Shown here in pieces: positions 59,488 to 64,000 of a stretch of 64,000 nt of DNA (its first letter is position 1; each line of letters opens with the position of its first letter). The translations under genes and the position numbers were made by a program. The DNA comes from Eledone cirrhosa (taxonomy: Eukaryota), in NCBI GenBank assembly GCA_964016885.1, contig OZ024740.1, positions 152,210,001 through 152,274,000 of the forward strand, given 5' to 3'. A model generated the notes under the pieces. That model was not told the DNA's origin, searched no databases, and was given only the letters and a program-made list of their open reading frames with translations.

Positions 59488-61735
59488 CAAAAGATGGTTA
59501 AAAGAGTTCCATGTATTTTATTATGCGCATTTCAAAAACAAATATCATCATGGGATGATATTTGCGTTCTCATCAGATAAAATAGGGAGACATGATATGA
59601 AGCTTAAAAAACACTTGCGAGCAGTGAAGTGTTAAATCAACATATGAAAAATAAAATAAGATGGATATATGAGATTGGGGAAAAAAAGGAAAGGAAGGGG
59701 GAAGGAAAATGTAAGGAAGAGGAAGAAAGAATATAATAAGAAAAAAATATATAATAATAAGGAAAGGATGACGGAGGAGGAGTATAAGCAGGAAGGATGA
59801 GAGAGGAGGAGAAAATGAGTGAGAGAGAGAGAGAGATAACCTTTAATACTGAGAAACACTGTCTCACAGAGAGAAATAAAAAAAAAAAACCGTTGTAAGA
59901 TAATACATAATTAAAAAAAAAAAATTTAGAAATTTAAAGTTAATGAGGTTTATGAATGGTGATGCTTATGATTAAAGAAAAAGGAATTAAGAATACTATT
60001 TATTTAAGGTTTATATATTGAAGGGTTTAATAATATGTGCGAAAAGGAATTTATTAAAATATATTATTAAAATAAAATATATTAAGAAGATAAGGTGAAT
60101 GAAGATAAGGTTAAATGAATTATGAACTTAGAGGAATTAATTAGGGTCCAAGTTTGTTTCTATGTATTGTAATAGGAAAAAGTAAATAATAGGTTTAATA
60201 TGGGTACGGAAGGAGAGAAGAAAGAAGAAATTCAAGGAAGAAAAAATATATAACGTCAAAAAAAAAATATGTTTACAAAATTTACTAATGGTAATATTAG
60301 TATATATTAAAAATAAAAATTTGTATGGCCGAGAATATAAGGAAAATGCTATAGTGAGTTATAATATGAATTAAAAAGTAATTGAGAAGTAAAAGGTGCA
60401 GATTAAAGATTAGAAATTAAAAAAGAAAAAAAGGATAAAAAAGAAGAAAAATAGGGGACCGCTAACGACATAGTACGAGTAAATTGTATAATATACTGAA
60501 ATAAGGTAGGAAGATGGGTATATTTGTAAAAGATATAAAAGCGTTTGAGAAAAGAAGATTTTAAACTAATTAGGTAGTAAGATATTAGCTGTATACATTA
60601 TGGAAAGTTCTATGGGATTTATGCAAGCAGAGCGAAAATAAATCCGTACGTCTATTTATTATAGAATTAAAATTAGAGATAATGGTAAATTTCTCCGCTA
60701 GGCAGAGATTACATGTTCTGGATAGGGAAGAATTAAGGTAAGGAGAGGCGTTGCAAACCTTCCTCCAAGAAATGTTGTAGTTAATATTTTTGTCCTTTAA
60801 GGACCATATGAGTTCTGAGAGTGCCGTGTTAGTTCTTTTAATTTGGTATTTAAAAGAAGAATTGTGATTATAAAATCTTGATTTAAAGGAAGTGGAAGTG
60901 GAACCAAAATAGGTAAAATAATTAGTACCAGTTATAACCTTACATTCATACACTAAATTTTTATCAAGACATTGGTTACTAAGAGCACATTTAGTTCTAA
61001 TAGGGCAATTGCAATTACGATTAGAGAAATTACCAGAGTTATTAACAAGTGACCTAGTATTATTTATAGAAGGAATTGGATTGGAGAAGTTATTTACGAT
61101 AGGTGCTAAAGTTTCCTGATTTAGATTAGTGTTATGAACATTCGACAAAGTTACGTTTGACGTCGTATTTAAATTTACGGAATCTAGCCTAGAGTTAACA
61201 TTGGCGTCGGGTTTACTAATGCTATTATTATGACGCTCAGTGTTGGATGGATATAATTTATTACTTAATATTTTATTATTATGTTTAGAGATAATGTTAG
61301 AGATGTTGGAAGTGGTGGAATAAGAGAATTTAATTGTATGTTTATTAAAGATCTTGCTATAAATATGCGAGGGAGGGAAGCATTTATCTAAGGCCCTAAA
61401 AAATAGTTTAGGAATATTACTAATAATATTTGTACCAAATCATATTTTTATATCTAGATCTTTTCTTTATGTTATTGGAATGCTTATAACTAACTATATT
61501 ACTATAAGTCCCTCGATGATTGGTTTCTTTACTGTATTTAATTTTGTCAGGATAACCGGCTCTGGAAAGCGCATTATTGTAATAATTGGCTTTAGCGTCA
61601 AAGATAACTATATTAGAAGATAGATTTGAGATTATTTTTTCAACATTACTGACTATAGCATTTTTAACGTTAATAGGGTGGTTAGATTTAAAATTAACAT
61701 AATTTAGATTCTCATTGTCTTTATGGGATGGTGCT
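59487..61735 (-). mobile_element. 5'-truncated Penelope-like element: RT C-terminus, GIY-YIG (60585-61148), 3' UTR and hammerhead
   Basis: YVNFKSNHP..YNNALSRAGY and CNCPIRTKCALSNQCLDKNLVYEC..YFGST..RFYNH..CNLCLAEK motifs. Confidence 0.9.
59514..59584 (-). ncRNA. Type I hammerhead ribozyme at the PLE 3' end
   Basis: Minus strand reads tattttat-CTGATGA-gaacgcaaatatcatc.ccat.gatgatatttgttttt-GAAA-tgcgca-TA-ataaaata. Confidence 0.85.
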
Positions 61736-61993
61736 GCTGTTGCTCACACTGTGAGCTTAGACAGCACCCGGAAAGAAAATCGCTCTGCTAATCGGTATAG
61801 CCACTGTTTGACATTTTGTAGCTTCTGGGCGACACAGCTACTGTCTCCTCTCCTGTTTCTTAGACCGTTACTACAATGACTCCTTCTCCACAGAATTTAC
61901 TAGTCTCGTGTCATCTCTATTCACGCCTTTCCGTTTCACTCGTCTTTTTAGTGTTCATATTAGTTTTCGAGTCTGTGGCTGAGCTTTCCCCTA

Positions 61994-62183
61994 TAATTGT
62001 TTCTACTTTTGGTACAAGGCCGGCAATTATTCCAGTGCATTACTGATGCCTTATTTTATCGACCCCCGTAAGGATGAAAAGCAAAGTTAACCTCGGCAAG
62101 ATTTTGAACTCAGAACGTAAAGGACCATAACTCTATGCTGCAAAGCATGGTGTCTGACGTTCTACCGATACTGCCAATCCACC
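61994..62183 (-). mobile_element. SINE copy upstream of exon 7
   Basis: Matches the family consensus as reverse complement. Confidence 0.85.
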
Positions 62184-62240
62184 TATAATACTAGTTAAGA
62201 TGGCTATATATAATTCGATCCCTTCTTTCTTTTGTTTCAG

Positions 62241-62332
62241 TGCAGGTACCAATCGGATATGATTTTATGTTGGATTATCGATTGGTTAATGATCCCCTCT
62301 TTACGACGTTATATATGCAGTTGGAACATAAG
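62241..62332 (+). CDS. LBP/BPI-family protein, exon 7
   Basis: tttgtttcag| ... AAG|gtaagt, phase 1 to 0. Encodes LQVPIGYDFMLDYRLVNDPLFTTLYMQLEHK. Confidence 0.92.
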
Positions 62333-63467
62333 GTAAGTGAAATTGTTTCTTCACGAACAAGTCTCTAATCTATCTGAAGCTATATTTACTTTAAACAAAT
62401 GAATAAATAAAATCTCATGAAATGGTTCTCCGAGAGTTCTGATCATGTAATGACGCAATAATGTGAGAAGTAGAATCATATATTATTTATTTTCCTCAAC
62501 AGCCAGGTTCACGCTTGGATTGTAGTTTAGCAGACTCACTATTCTTACGTTCGAATATGACTTTGTTAACTTACTTAGCTTTAAATTTCTAATACGTTTG
62601 GTAATGGCTAAAATATCCCAGAAATACAAGGACTTGTACCTAGGCCAATAAACTAATATTAATAACAAAGATTTTTCTAATATCTCTGCATTTCTTTATC
62701 AAGTGGCTACTGTTGTAAGTATATATATGACAGACGTTAAAGAGAGCTTGGTTTGTAGTTTAGCAGACTCCCTATACCTACGTGAATTATATTCAAAAAC
62801 GACTTTGTTAACTTACTTGGCAGCAAAGTCAACAAGACTATAAACAAATGTGAATATGTAAATACAGGCTGAACTTTTTTAATCCGGCAACGTTGGGACG
62901 ATGCAATTGTCCGAACACAGAAAAATATTTCTAAATATATACTGATGTTTCTGAAAGGTAGCACACAGATTAACAAAGGAAATAATCCGAATAATAATTG
63001 TTTCTACTTTTTGGCACAAGGCCAGCAATTATCCCAGCGCATTACTGGTACTTTTATTTTACGAATAATAATACGAATAATAATGCTTCCAAATAGTGTG
63101 TTTTTAATGTTTCGTTGTAATATAAAGTCTAAAACCAAAAATGACTGTTCAAGGTGCATGTTCTAATGGCGGCAGTTTCAAAACGTGCTGGACCATGAAC
63201 GAGTGAAGAAGGGAGCACTCGCAACATAAAGAGTAGATAATTCATTTAAATTGAATTTCTTTTCATCTTCGGCTGAAAAGTTCTGATTTTCTCATTTGAA
63301 GGTCGCCTTGGCATGAAACACGCACACACACATGCACGCACACGCACACGCACGCGCGCACACGCACACACACACACGCGCACACAAATATTTCATACAG
63401 TCGATTTATTCTACTCCTTTATATCTATTTATCCATTCAACCAAATCACTTCCCTTTCATTTTCCAG

Positions 63468-63644
63468 GCAAAGATCTCTTGGTTCAACGACTATGACGTG
63501 TTGCCATTCAAACCCGGCCACCTTCCTTTTGTCAGTGACAACGGCAAGATGATATATGTTGTCGTCTCAGACTATGTACTAGATTCTTGGTCATTCGCAG
63601 CTCATAAACATCATGTACTTCAATATGTCTTCACCACCGAACAC
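63468..63644 (+). CDS. LBP/BPI-family protein, exon 8 (linker and start of the C-terminal domain); the gene continues beyond the window
   Basis: tttccag| ... |gtatgt, phase 0 to 0. Encodes AKISWFNDYDVLPFKPGHLPFVSDNGKMIYVVVSDYVLDSWSFAAHKHHVLQYVFTTEH, compared with BPI RMVYLGLSDYFFNTA. Confidence 0.93.
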
Positions 63645-63804
63645 GTATGTATGTCTTACCAATCCATAGTATAGGCCACTTGAGCAACTACGTTTTCTCT
63701 ATCAAATGTGTACGCCTGTTGTATCAATACATATTATTTTTGTTTTAGTAAATATCGTCACTAAACACATGACTTCACTAAATACCTGTGTCTGAAATAT
63801 GAAA

Positions 63805-64000
63805 ACAGTATCGTGAGGATTACTCCGTCACTTTCATTTAACACCGAAGGAGGGGCGGTTTTTCTCTGTCTGGTGGCTGTGGCGAAAGGAGTGGTATAGT
63901 GGACTAGATTGAAAGCACTGGAGGCAACACCTTCCTCTCCGGACAACAACTCATCCCCTTCTTTAAATACCATTTTAAAAGGAATGTGAGAGTGGAAATG
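63805..64000 (+). mobile_element. Tx1/L1 LINE 3' fragment
   Basis: Homologous to 11395-11590. Confidence 0.8.

Overview
AT-rich, microsatellite-dense eukaryotic DNA. The repeat landscape and gene structure suggest an octopus or other coleoid cephalopod (inference). One host gene is present: a + strand LBP/BPI-family gene with a TATA box and 8 phase-compatible GT-AG coding exons from 17441 to 63644 (299 codons), continuing beyond the window. The rest is transposon-derived: Penelope-like (GIY-YIG) elements, Tx1/L1, RTE and CRE LINE fragments, a Helitron helicase relic, many copies of one tRNA-derived SINE, and MITE/foldback elements. The most striking hidden layer is about 15 type I hammerhead-ribozyme motifs from several families, plus degenerate and half motifs. 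They include a 485-bp tandem array with one hammerhead per unit and a ~670-700-bp family present as circularly permuted copies. Both look like non-autonomous retrozymes plausibly mobilised by Penelope elements. Most of the ORF track is microsatellite noise.
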